From: an uncultured Pirellulaceae bacterium
Lineage (GTDB): Bacteria > Planctomycetota > Planctomycetia > Pirellulales > Pirellulaceae
Length of the DNA stretch: 64,000 bases
Direction: 5' to 3'
NCBI GenBank assembly: GCA_964425225.1
Contig: CAYRMD010000010.1
Location: 16,712 to 80,711 of the forward strand
The notes beneath the pieces are model-generated. The model did no database searches, was not told where the DNA came from, and saw only the letters and a list, made by a program, of their open reading frames with translations. A program made the translations under genes and the position numbers. Positions 18,265 through 26,775 of the stretch are shown here, piece by piece (the first letter of the stretch is position 1; the number at the start of each line of letters is the position of its first letter).

Positions 18265-19254
18265 ATGCACATTCGTTGGCGCGGACTGGAACTGCCCAGC
18301 AGTGTCATTTGCGAAAAAGAAACGCTCAGTCCCACGTACGGCAAATTCATCGCCGAACCATTCGAGCGTGGTTTCGGTCACACGATCGGCAATAGTTTAC
18401 GGCGCATCTTGCTGTCGAGCCTGGAAGGTAGCGCCGTAACGCAGATCAAAATCCGCGGTGCCCAGCACGAGTTCACCACCATTCCCGGTGTGCTCGAGGA
18501 TGTGACAGATATTGTACTGAACGTAAAATCGCTCGTCGTCAAAAATCATTCCGACAGCACGAAGGTCATTACAGTTGAAAAGAATCGCGCCGGTGTTGTG
18601 ACAGGTGCCGATATCCGATGCGACTCGGATGTCGAGATCATCAACAAGAATCACGTACTGGCCACGTTGACGGCGGATGTCGACTTCATGATGGAAATGG
18701 TGGTAGAAAACGGCCGTGGTTATGTACCAGCTCATGAACACAGTGCCGGTGAGCACGAGATCGGAATCATACCGATCGACGCCGTTTTTAGCCCGGTAGT
18801 GCGTGTACGATATGAAGTGGAAGAGACCCGAGTCGGCCAAAAAACCAACTACGACAAGCTCACCATGGAAATTTGGACCGACGGCTCCATCTCACCAGAA
18901 ATGGCCCTGGTTGAAGCCGCCAAAATCTTAAGGAAGCATCTGAATCCCTTTATCCAGTATCAAGAGCTCGGGCCACGTGTTTTTGCCCAACCGCGTGGCC
19001 AGTTGGCTGGTTTCGATCCGATGCTCGAGTCGAAACTGAATATGTCAATTTCCGAACTGAAACTCTCCTCGCGTGCTACGAACTGCCTAGAAAATGAAAA
19101 CATCCATACGTTGCGTGATCTGGTACAACGGACCGAGGATCAACTATTGGAAGTTCGAAACTTTGGTGAAACGTCGTTAAATGAGGTGAAAGAAAAACTT
19201 GCTGAACTCGGCCTGCGACTCGGCATGCGATTGCCTACAGTGCCGCTGCGTTGA
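18265..19254 (+). CDS. rpoA: DNA-directed RNA polymerase subunit alpha
   Basis: [34 protein letters not shown], plus a C-terminal domain [30 protein letters not shown] lies before ATG 18265. Confidence 0.97.
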   Translation: MHIRWRGLELPSSVICEKETLSPTYGKFIAEPFERGFGHTIGNSLRRILLSSLEGSAVTQIKIRGAQHEFTTIPGVLEDVTDIVLNVKSLVVKNHSDSTKVITVEKNRAGVVTGADIRCDSDVEIINKNHVLATLTADVDFMMEMVVENGRGYVPAHEHSAGEHEIGIIPIDAVFSPVVRVRYEVEETRVGQKTNYDKLTMEIWTDGSISPEMALVEAAKILRKHLNPFIQYQELGPRVFAQPRGQLAGFDPMLESKLNMSISELKLSSRATNCLENENIHTLRDLVQRTEDQLLEVRNFGETSLNEVKEKLAELGLRLGMRLPTVPLR

Positions 19255-19338
19255 GCTGTCGGATACCTGCGATCGATAAATTCCGCAGGGCAAGGAGGGC
19301 CCCAGTTCGTCGTACCCCCATTCCTAAGGAATACCATC

Positions 19339-19905
19339 ATGCGACATTGTAAGCGAGGACGCCACCTGGGACGCACATCGAGCCACCGCAAGGCGATGCT
19401 ACAGAATTTGGCCAGTGCTCTGTTTTTGACCGAACGGTCGGTCGATAAGGACTTGGATCCAAATCCTCCGGGCGTTCCGGGCCAAATTGTCACCACTCTG
19501 GCCAAAGCCAAAGAAGTGCGCTGGCTCGTCGAACGCTGTATCCGTATTGCATGCCAGAGTCTTCAGGCAGCGCGCGAGGCGGAACAGTTTGCTACGAGTG
19601 CCGCGCGCGGTACCCCGCAGTGGCGCGCATGGCGTGAAAGCGAACAGTGGCAAAAGTGGGCTCAAGCACGGGCAGCCGTTGTCAATGCTCGGCGCAGAGT
19701 GTTGCGCCTCTTGCGCAACAAGGATGCCATGCGCGTACTCTTCGAACGGATCGCCCCGCGTTACGAAAATCGATCCGGTGGCTATGTCCGGGTGCTTCGC
19801 TTGGCTCAACCTCGCGTTGGGGATGCTGGTACCCGAGCCTTGCTCCAATTAGTGGGTAAGCACGACCGCGTTCTTCGTAAAAGCATAAAACCCGCGGTCC
19901 AATAG
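19339..19905 (+). CDS. rplQ: 50S ribosomal protein L17 (long form, 188 aa)
   Basis: MRHCKRGRHLGRTSSHRKAMLQNLASALF...GGYVRVLRL, with an internal Ala/Arg/Trp-rich insertion. Confidence 0.93.
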   Translation: MRHCKRGRHLGRTSSHRKAMLQNLASALFLTERSVDKDLDPNPPGVPGQIVTTLAKAKEVRWLVERCIRIACQSLQAAREAEQFATSAARGTPQWRAWRESEQWQKWAQARAAVVNARRRVLRLLRNKDAMRVLFERIAPRYENRSGGYVRVLRLAQPRVGDAGTRALLQLVGKHDRVLRKSIKPAVQ

Positions 19906-20329
19906 CCCAAGTTGCCTACGCAAGTGTACCCTAACTTTTGGGTAAATATCATTTTATCTATGGGAGCGGGTTGTCGCCGATAAGGCTCGGCCCGGCAGAT
20001 CATCTAAGCGGCTAATATTCTTATTGCTCGTAGTCCGGCTGAGGGCCTCGTGGCTCGTGTGGCCCCCGAACCACAGCCTGCACTGGCAACCCAAGAAGAT
20101 TTTCCGCAAGCGATACGCCGTAAAGGCCTGCGAGTCAAGTTCCAAACGATATTCCCCGGCAAAGCTCGACTATTTTTGCCACATTTGCTAAGCGTTAAAG
20201 TTTTCCATGGCCGTGGTTGATTTGCGTGAAGAATCACTGTCGCAACGCTTGCCAGTTGAGTGGGAAAGTGTCATAAAGGGATGTAAATGGGCATGGTGGG
20301 TCTAACGCCAGTGTAACAGTGATTCGCAT

Positions 20330-20815
20330 ATGGCCGACAAGTATTTCTTCGAAGATTTGCACGTTGGTGATCGATGGGTTAGCCCGTCGCGGACGGTGAC
20401 CGAGACGGACGTCGTTAATTTCGCGGGAATCACCGGAGATTTTGACCCGTTGCACGTCGACCATGAGTTCGCGCGGCGTACACCCTACCACCGTCCTATC
20501 GCCCACGGGTTACTTGGCTTAGCTTGGGCAGCCGGGTTGGCCAGTCAGTGCCCGAGAGTCCACACGGTAGCGTTCGTAGCTGTGCGCAGTTGGGAGTTTC
20601 ACCGGCCGATTTATATCGGCGATACATTGCATGTGGTTAGTTCGGTTTCCGATAAGAAAGCCAGTGGGCGGCGTGCCGGATTGATCCAGTGGCGCCGCGA
20701 GGTGATCAACCAGGCAGGCATCGTTTTGCAGGCTGGAATCTTCGAAACGTTGGTTGCCACGCGCTTCGTAGGAGCTCGGCGTCAAGAAGTGCCGGAACCG
20801 CAACCGGTTGTGTAG
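20330..20815 (+). CDS. MaoC-like (R)-hydratase / hot-dog fold dehydratase
   Basis: FEDLHVGDRW...TVTETDVVNFAGITGDFDPLHVDHEFARRTPYHRPIAHGLL. Confidence 0.85.
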   Translation: MADKYFFEDLHVGDRWVSPSRTVTETDVVNFAGITGDFDPLHVDHEFARRTPYHRPIAHGLLGLAWAAGLASQCPRVHTVAFVAVRSWEFHRPIYIGDTLHVVSSVSDKKASGRRAGLIQWRREVINQAGIVLQAGIFETLVATRFVGARRQEVPEPQPVV

Positions 20816-21392
20816 CCTATCGACAAGCCGAGGTAGGATTAACTTTCTACATGAGAAGCTCGTCCTGAACTGTTTTTCGACCTTTGAAGCACGTTGCCGA
20901 TTCGTCCCTTCAGAATAAAGACGTATTAACGCAAAGGCGCAGGGGCGCAGTAACAAGCAATACGAAAGGCTAGATCGCGCGCCGGCTCGGTAAAACACGG
21001 TTTTTCGCATAAGCTTGCTTGGCCCTAAGCATGAAAACGGCAAGACGATACGGTATTCTCGGCTCCTGTGTGTTCGCCGAGCCAGTTGCTGGGCAGAAGA
21101 TGGCAACCGATCTGGCTCGCCTGAACTCTTTCGATTCTTGTGCGGCAACAGGCAACGAAATCGTAACAATGCGGTGCCTTGGCGAGTTTTCTCGCAGCCT
21201 CAAATAGGTCGGGCCGTGCGAAAACCAGGCGGCACTTACGAATCCCGAGAGACTGTTGAGCTACTCGGGAAAACGCGGGAAAGCGAGAAAAGTCGAGCTA
21301 TGCAATAGCCCATGGCTTTTTGGGAAAAGCCATTGCCGTAGGTTCATTATCCGGATGTGCCTAGTGGGAGCGCGCCTCACGAAAGATTCCTC

Positions 21393-21836
21393 TCAATCGC
21401 CAGCATCTCGTAGCTTTTCGGCTGCTTTAAGAACACTCATTGGGAGTATTATCCGTATCGAGCGTGACGAATCGAGAGGAACTTCTACGACAAGGTAGGA
21501 TAGTGGTCCGAACTGGCGGATACTTACCGGTTCCACCACATTCCAAGGCAAAAATATGGGCTGGTGGAAAAGAAACAACCATTGCGGGTGGCAGCGCAGT
21601 GCCATTCCGTCCTCACGTACTTCCACCCACACGCAATTGTTGTAATTGACACCGCGGATAGTAATCGACTGAAAACCGAGAATCGAGCCGGGTGCAGTCT
21701 GCCGCGATGGCACCGGGTAGCGACGGGCAAGAAGCGACCAGCCGAACCTGGAAATGCACCACATAACAAAGGTCCAGAGGCACAACCAACCCGGAACAAT
21801 CAGCAACAGGATACCCAAGCCACCCGGAAGCACCAT
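21393..21836 (-). CDS. Hypothetical membrane protein
   Basis: 147 aa ORF with an N-terminal hydrophobic hairpin (GGLGILLLIVPGWLCLWTFVMWCI). No family recognised. Confidence 0.45.
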   Translation of the reverse strand: MVLPGGLGILLLIVPGWLCLWTFVMWCISRFGWSLLARRYPVPSRQTAPGSILGFQSITIRGVNYNNCVWVEVREDGMALRCHPQWLFLFHQPIFLPWNVVEPVSIRQFGPLSYLVVEVPLDSSRSIRIILPMSVLKAAEKLRDAGD

Positions 21837-21950
21837 GTTGATTCGCCTTTTCCAACGAGGGATTGTGCTATGTGTCCCTTGTAATTGTAGGCGAGATCAC
21901 TGCTTCGTTGGGCTGGCCTAGCGTAGATCGACCGTTTTTCCGTTTAATCC

Positions 21951-22354
21951 GATGTGCGCCCGTGCGTGTCTCGGTACGCGATTCGTGGCAAACGGGTTTT
22001 ATTGAGTGAGTGGAGTAATGGAGCGCCAAGGGGCAAAGGCAAAACGAGCATCACTCCCAGCGCCCATCGCCTCACTCCGTGTTAGCGCCTTTGCGTTGAA
22101 CCGATTTCACTGCACCCTTACGATAGCAGCTTTGGTGAGCCGTGGCTTGTAAGGACGCCTTTGCCAAAAAAGGGCACGTATCGGGCCGCGTCCGCTGGAC
22201 CGGACAAAGGTAGACCTGCGCCAAGCTCGGCAAATGAAGGAACCGTTTCCGCTACCACCACGACGGACACACCATTTACACTCGTGCCGCGGAAAAACAG
22301 GCAAACTTTCCCGATGGCCTGCCCTTTGCGCCAAAACTAAGACGCACCCACATC
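21951..22354 (-). mobile_element. ~400 bp MITE-like short element with terminal inverted repeats (copy C)
   Basis: gatgtgcgcccgtgcgtgtct (21951-) pairs with agacgcacccacatc (-22354) as imperfect inverted repeats. The interior aligns with 61917-62194 of copy B (gcgcctttgcgttgaa at 22085, cgcctttgccaa, gccgcggaaaaacaggcaaactttccc) and with copy D. Confidence 0.55.
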
Positions 22355-22725
22355 AACAGACAGCGGCAATTGGTTACCTAAAGAAGCTGAAAAAAAAACG
22401 CTTAACGAAGACACAACGACTCCACGACGCGCTGGCCGTTGCGGCCCGCCCAGCTTTTCGTGACCTACTTCCTTTTTCGCCTTTGTCTTAGAGCATCTTC
22501 CTGCGAATAGCAAACTCCGGTCGAGCGCCTTTACCTGAGAGCCTCGACGAACGCATAACGTCCAGCCTCAGAACTGCCTCGAAAAACCCCCTGTTGCTCC
22601 CGACACCGTGACCCATGAATTTGCACTCATCGCATGCACGAATCATCATACTTCAGATGAAGAGCCACGATAGAAAGTCGGCATATTCCTGGTTGACGCT
22701 GCCGCTTTTGCTTGGGGAGGACAAC

Positions 22726-24621
22726 ATGGCTAACACCTTTGCACTTCGATGTACCGTCCGGCTGCTTACGGCATTTGTAATTTTGTCCATTTCCGTTGTT
22801 TCGCCAACCAGCGCGTCGTTCGGTCAGGAACTTAAAGATCGTTACGTCAAACGTGAATATCGCATCCCGATGCGCGACGGAGTGCGATTGTTTACAGCCG
22901 TGTACACGCCGCGCGATGCTGGTCCGGAGCGCCGCTATCCTATCCTCATGATGCGTACGCCCTATTCCGTGCGCCCTTACGGCGAGGAGCGTTATCCTGA
23001 TCGACTGGGACCCAACCGGCACCTGGAGAAAGAAGGATATATTTTCGTGTATCAGGACGTGCGCGGTTGCTACATGTCCGAAGGAAGCTTCGTCAACATG
23101 CGCCCCCATGTTCCTCAGAAGCAATCTGCCCACGATATCGATGAAAGCTCCGATACGTACGATACGATCCAATGGTTGGTCGACAACCTTCCCTATCATA
23201 ATGGTCGGGTTGGCATGTGGGGGATTTCTTATCCTGGTTTTTACGCGGCCGCAGGCATGATCGATGCCCACCCGGCTCTTAAAGCGGTCTCTCCTCAAGC
23301 ACCCATTGCCGATTGGTGGTACGACGACTTTCACCATCACGGGGCTCTGTTCTTACCACACGCCTTTAATTTCCTGTCCTCCTTCGGCCAGTCGCGGCCG
23401 TTACTGACAAGCTTGTCGCCGGTAAGATTCGAACACCCGACGCAGGACGGGTATGAGTTTTTCATGAGAATTGGGAGCCTCAAGAATGTCAATGAAAGAT
23501 ATTTCCGTGATCGCATTTCTTTTTGGAACGACATTGTTTCACATCCGAACTACGACGACTTTTGGCAAGCCAGAAACCTGTTGCCTCACCTTCGCCGTGT
23601 TGCGCCCGCCGTGTTGATTGTTGGGGGTTGGTTCGATGCTGAAGACTTGTATGGGCCGTTAAGCATCTATCGGACAATCGAAGCGCGCGAGCCGCAGTGT
23701 GAGAACCGGCTGGTGATGGGACCGTGGGCCCACGGCGATTGGTCACGATTGCCGGGCGATCACCTAGGGAATATCGATTTTGAGTCCAACACGTCGGAAT
23801 TCTATCAAGAATGGATCGAGTCGGTGTTTTTCCGGTCGTATCTGAAAGGCGCAGGGGAACCATCGTTACCCGAGGCTTGCTTGTTCGAAACCGGGAGCAA
23901 TCGCTGGCGTTATTATGCCAAATGGCCTCCGCAAAAAGCCGTTTCTCGCAAACTCTTTTTGCAACCTGGCGGAAAACTCGCTTGGGATGAGCCAAAATCC
24001 GATTCGGTGGCGTATTCGGAGTTCGTGAGCGACCCAAATAAGCCGGTTCCGTTTACGGAGAAGATTTCGCCGGCCATGACGCGTGAATACATGATCGATG
24101 ATCAGCGATTTGCAGCGCGCCGGCCGGATGTGTTGGTTTTTGTGACGGAGCCTTTCGATGAAGAGTTGGTAATTGCTGGTCCGTTATCCGCAGAACTGTG
24201 GGTTTCGACCTCGCAACAGGACGCGGACTGGATCGTCAAGCTGATCGATGTTTTTCCGGACCGCGCTGATCCCGGGCGGTTCTTGGAGGAAGGTCGAAGC
24301 ATGGGTGGATACCAGATGTTAATAAGAAGCGAGGTGCTACGCGGTCGTTTTCGCGAAGACCCTTCGCGACCGCGACCGTTCACATCCGGTGAGGTAACAC
24401 GCATCCGTATACCACTTCTGGACGTACTGCACCGTTTCCGGCGCGGCCATCGGTTCATGATCCACATTCAAAGCACCTGGTTTCCCCTGGTGGATCGAAA
24501 TCCCCAAAAGTGGGTTGAGAACATTTATACCGCTGACGACGGCGATTTTGTTCCGGCGGTTCATCGTGTCTACCACACGCCAACGTATCCGTCGCACATC
24601 GAGTTATTACGCAGTGATTAA
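22726..24621 (+). CDS. CocE/NonD-family hydrolase / Xaa-Pro dipeptidyl-peptidase (S15)
   Basis: Signal peptide, then RDGVRLFTAVYTPRD...PILMMRTPY...GMWGISYPGFY (GxSYxG nucleophile) and a C-terminal beta-sandwich. GGGGAGG lies before ATG 22726. Confidence 0.85.
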   Translation: MANTFALRCTVRLLTAFVILSISVVSPTSASFGQELKDRYVKREYRIPMRDGVRLFTAVYTPRDAGPERRYPILMMRTPYSVRPYGEERYPDRLGPNRHLEKEGYIFVYQDVRGCYMSEGSFVNMRPHVPQKQSAHDIDESSDTYDTIQWLVDNLPYHNGRVGMWGISYPGFYAAAGMIDAHPALKAVSPQAPIADWWYDDFHHHGALFLPHAFNFLSSFGQSRPLLTSLSPVRFEHPTQDGYEFFMRIGSLKNVNERYFRDRISFWNDIVSHPNYDDFWQARNLLPHLRRVAPAVLIVGGWFDAEDLYGPLSIYRTIEAREPQCENRLVMGPWAHGDWSRLPGDHLGNIDFESNTSEFYQEWIESVFFRSYLKGAGEPSLPEACLFETGSNRWRYYAKWPPQKAVSRKLFLQPGGKLAWDEPKSDSVAYSEFVSDPNKPVPFTEKISPAMTREYMIDDQRFAARRPDVLVFVTEPFDEELVIAGPLSAELWVSTSQQDADWIVKLIDVFPDRADPGRFLEEGRSMGGYQMLIRSEVLRGRFREDPSRPRPFTSGEVTRIRIPLLDVLHRFRRGHRFMIHIQSTWFPLVDRNPQKWVENIYTADDGDFVPAVHRVYHTPTYPSHIELLRSD

Positions 24622-25505
24622 GCGGCAGCGGCCGCCAAGAGTGCAAGCGGTCCTTCACGGCGCAGCGCCTCGAAGGCCGTTTCATCCGGCACGAGAATCG
24701 AACCGGCATACGCCATCGCATTCAACGAAATGCCGTACAAGCCGTCACGCTGGCGAGGTACGAGCAGCATCCAGCGGTTTGTGAGTAACAGGTTGTACGG
24801 GCCTAAACACCGTTGACCATCGCTCCCAACCGAATCAACGGCCAGTTCTCCAAGCAACCTTTGGTACCAACGTTCCAGGCATCGCGGCCAGTCCGGCGCT
24901 TGCGATGGCTCGTTTGCGGCCCAAGCGGCCAAGGCGTGGCGGAACGGAAGTTCACGAATCTGAATCACCTTGCCCGGTTCGGCTCGTTGTTCGTAAACCG
25001 TTACCAGCAGCTTTCCCGTCGGAATGTGTACTGCAGGCCACGGGATGTGCTGCATGTGTTTGTGCGGTTGGCTCGCTCCAGCGAGTAACCCGCCGTTGTA
25101 GAATCCCAACCCGCCGCATTCGGACAGAACTGCCCACCACGCCTGGAAATCTTCGGCTTGAAGTGGTGCCTCTTGCGGTTCAAACTCTCGTGTGACGATC
25201 AACACGTGTTGGGCAACAATGTAGTATTTGTTGAGTAAGCACACGTGTCGTGGGGCCAGATCAGCCACCCATAAATCTGGATCGTACGGAAGGAACGGGT
25301 TGGCCGGAGTATCCTTGCTTTGAGCATGCGAGGCTTTTTGCCGTAAAGGCTCAGCCAAATGCACCACGAAAGTCAACTCGCTGTCATATACGAGAGCGGA
25401 ACGCGTGGCCAACTCGATCCGGGCACCGCGCTGTTGCGCATGGGCGATAGCCCGTGCCACTCGTTGCGACAAGCCTAGCGACTGCTCCGTTCGCTCGATA
25501 GACAC
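24618..25505 (-). CDS. ATP adenylyltransferase / Ap4A phosphorylase II-like protein
   Basis: VCLLNKYYIVAQHVLIVTREFEPQ...GGLGFYNGGLLAGASQPHKHMQHIP (HxHxQ nucleotidyl-transfer motif). Confidence 0.7.
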   Translation of the reverse strand: MSIERTEQSLGLSQRVARAIAHAQQRGARIELATRSALVYDSELTFVVHLAEPLRQKASHAQSKDTPANPFLPYDPDLWVADLAPRHVCLLNKYYIVAQHVLIVTREFEPQEAPLQAEDFQAWWAVLSECGGLGFYNGGLLAGASQPHKHMQHIPWPAVHIPTGKLLVTVYEQRAEPGKVIQIRELPFRHALAAWAANEPSQAPDWPRCLERWYQRLLGELAVDSVGSDGQRCLGPYNLLLTNRWMLLVPRQRDGLYGISLNAMAYAGSILVPDETAFEALRREGPLALLAAAAA

Positions 25506-25659
25506 CAGGTTTCTCCACGAAAATCCGTCCGCAGACCATCCTCGGCAACCTGCCCTGGATTCGGAGTGGCCTGGACGATGATTGGCCTATGTCGATACAC
25601 TGCCCTAAGTAACCGGTTCTGGGCGTTAGCTTCCTTGAAAGATAGGCACGGGTCAAGCT

Positions 25660-26775
25660 ATGGAACGTCGGCAATTCCATGACGGTCGTCGCGATGGCCT
25701 GATGCCGTTAGAAAGCCTGGATCTGGGCGAAGTGACCCGTTTCGCCGACCTTTTGCGTGCCATGGCCAAAACGGCTTTTTCTGGCCGCTCATTGGGAGAA
25801 GCCCTGGATATTCTGCTCCAGATGGCCACGGATCCGGAATGTCTGGTGGTACTGACTGTCTCGGGGGCCATGACCGTGGCTAAGCAGGGTCGCATCCTAT
25901 GTGAGTTGATCGATCGCGGGATTGTGCAGGTATTGGTTGCTACCGGTGCCCTTATTGCACATGGTCTTACGGAATCGATCGGATTGACCCATTACCGGTA
26001 CGACCCGTCGATGTCGGATCAGGAACTTTTCGAAAAAGGATACAACCGAGTCTATGACACCTTGGAGATGGAAGCCAATTTGAACGATGTGGAACGTTTA
26101 GTGCGTCAAGTGCTCAACGACCATACACCGCCTGATGGTGTTTGGTCGTCGGCCAGCCTGTGCAGGGCACTGGGCGAGCGATTGAGTGAGCGCGGTGAGG
26201 GGCCGGGCATTTTACGCAGCGCTTTCGAGCGCAATGTGCCCGTATTTATTCCCGCGTTTACCGATAGCGAGATGGGGCTGGATGTGGCCTGTTGGGCGAT
26301 CACTCGCCGCTTGAGCACATTGCCAAGCGGGGGGCAACCAGGACCGGAAGAGTTATTTCGAGCCGTGCCGCCGTTCAATCCGTTCCTGGATTTGCAGCAT
26401 TATGCACGGCTCATCTATCAGGCGAAACGGCTTGGCATTTTGACGTTGGGCGGGGGAGTGCCGCGCAATTGGGCCCAGCAAATCGGGCCCTATTACGATA
26501 TTCTCAACCACCGACTGGGAACTGGTCTGGCCGTGCGGCGATTCCAATATGGCGTGCGGATCTGCCCTGAACCGGCCCATTGGGGTGGCCTTTCCGGTTG
26601 CACCTACTCGGAAGGTGTCAGTTGGGGCAAGTTCGTACCGCCGGCTGAAGGGGGACGCTATGCCGAAGTTTATGCCGACGCAACTACGGTTCTGCCCTTG
26701 TTGGCTAAAGGCCTGCTCGAAGAACTGGAACGTATGGGTTGGAAAGGCCAAAAGCATTTCCATCACTGCACTTAA
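25660..26775 (+). CDS. Deoxyhypusine synthase family protein
   Basis: LTVSGAMTVAKQGRILCELIDRGIVQVLVATGALIAHGL...GYNRVYDTLEME...FIPAFTDSEMGLDV...LGGGVPRNW. Confidence 0.85.
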   Translation: MERRQFHDGRRDGLMPLESLDLGEVTRFADLLRAMAKTAFSGRSLGEALDILLQMATDPECLVVLTVSGAMTVAKQGRILCELIDRGIVQVLVATGALIAHGLTESIGLTHYRYDPSMSDQELFEKGYNRVYDTLEMEANLNDVERLVRQVLNDHTPPDGVWSSASLCRALGERLSERGEGPGILRSAFERNVPVFIPAFTDSEMGLDVACWAITRRLSTLPSGGQPGPEELFRAVPPFNPFLDLQHYARLIYQAKRLGILTLGGGVPRNWAQQIGPYYDILNHRLGTGLAVRRFQYGVRICPEPAHWGGLSGCTYSEGVSWGKFVPPAEGGRYAEVYADATTVLPLLAKGLLEELERMGWKGQKHFHHCT

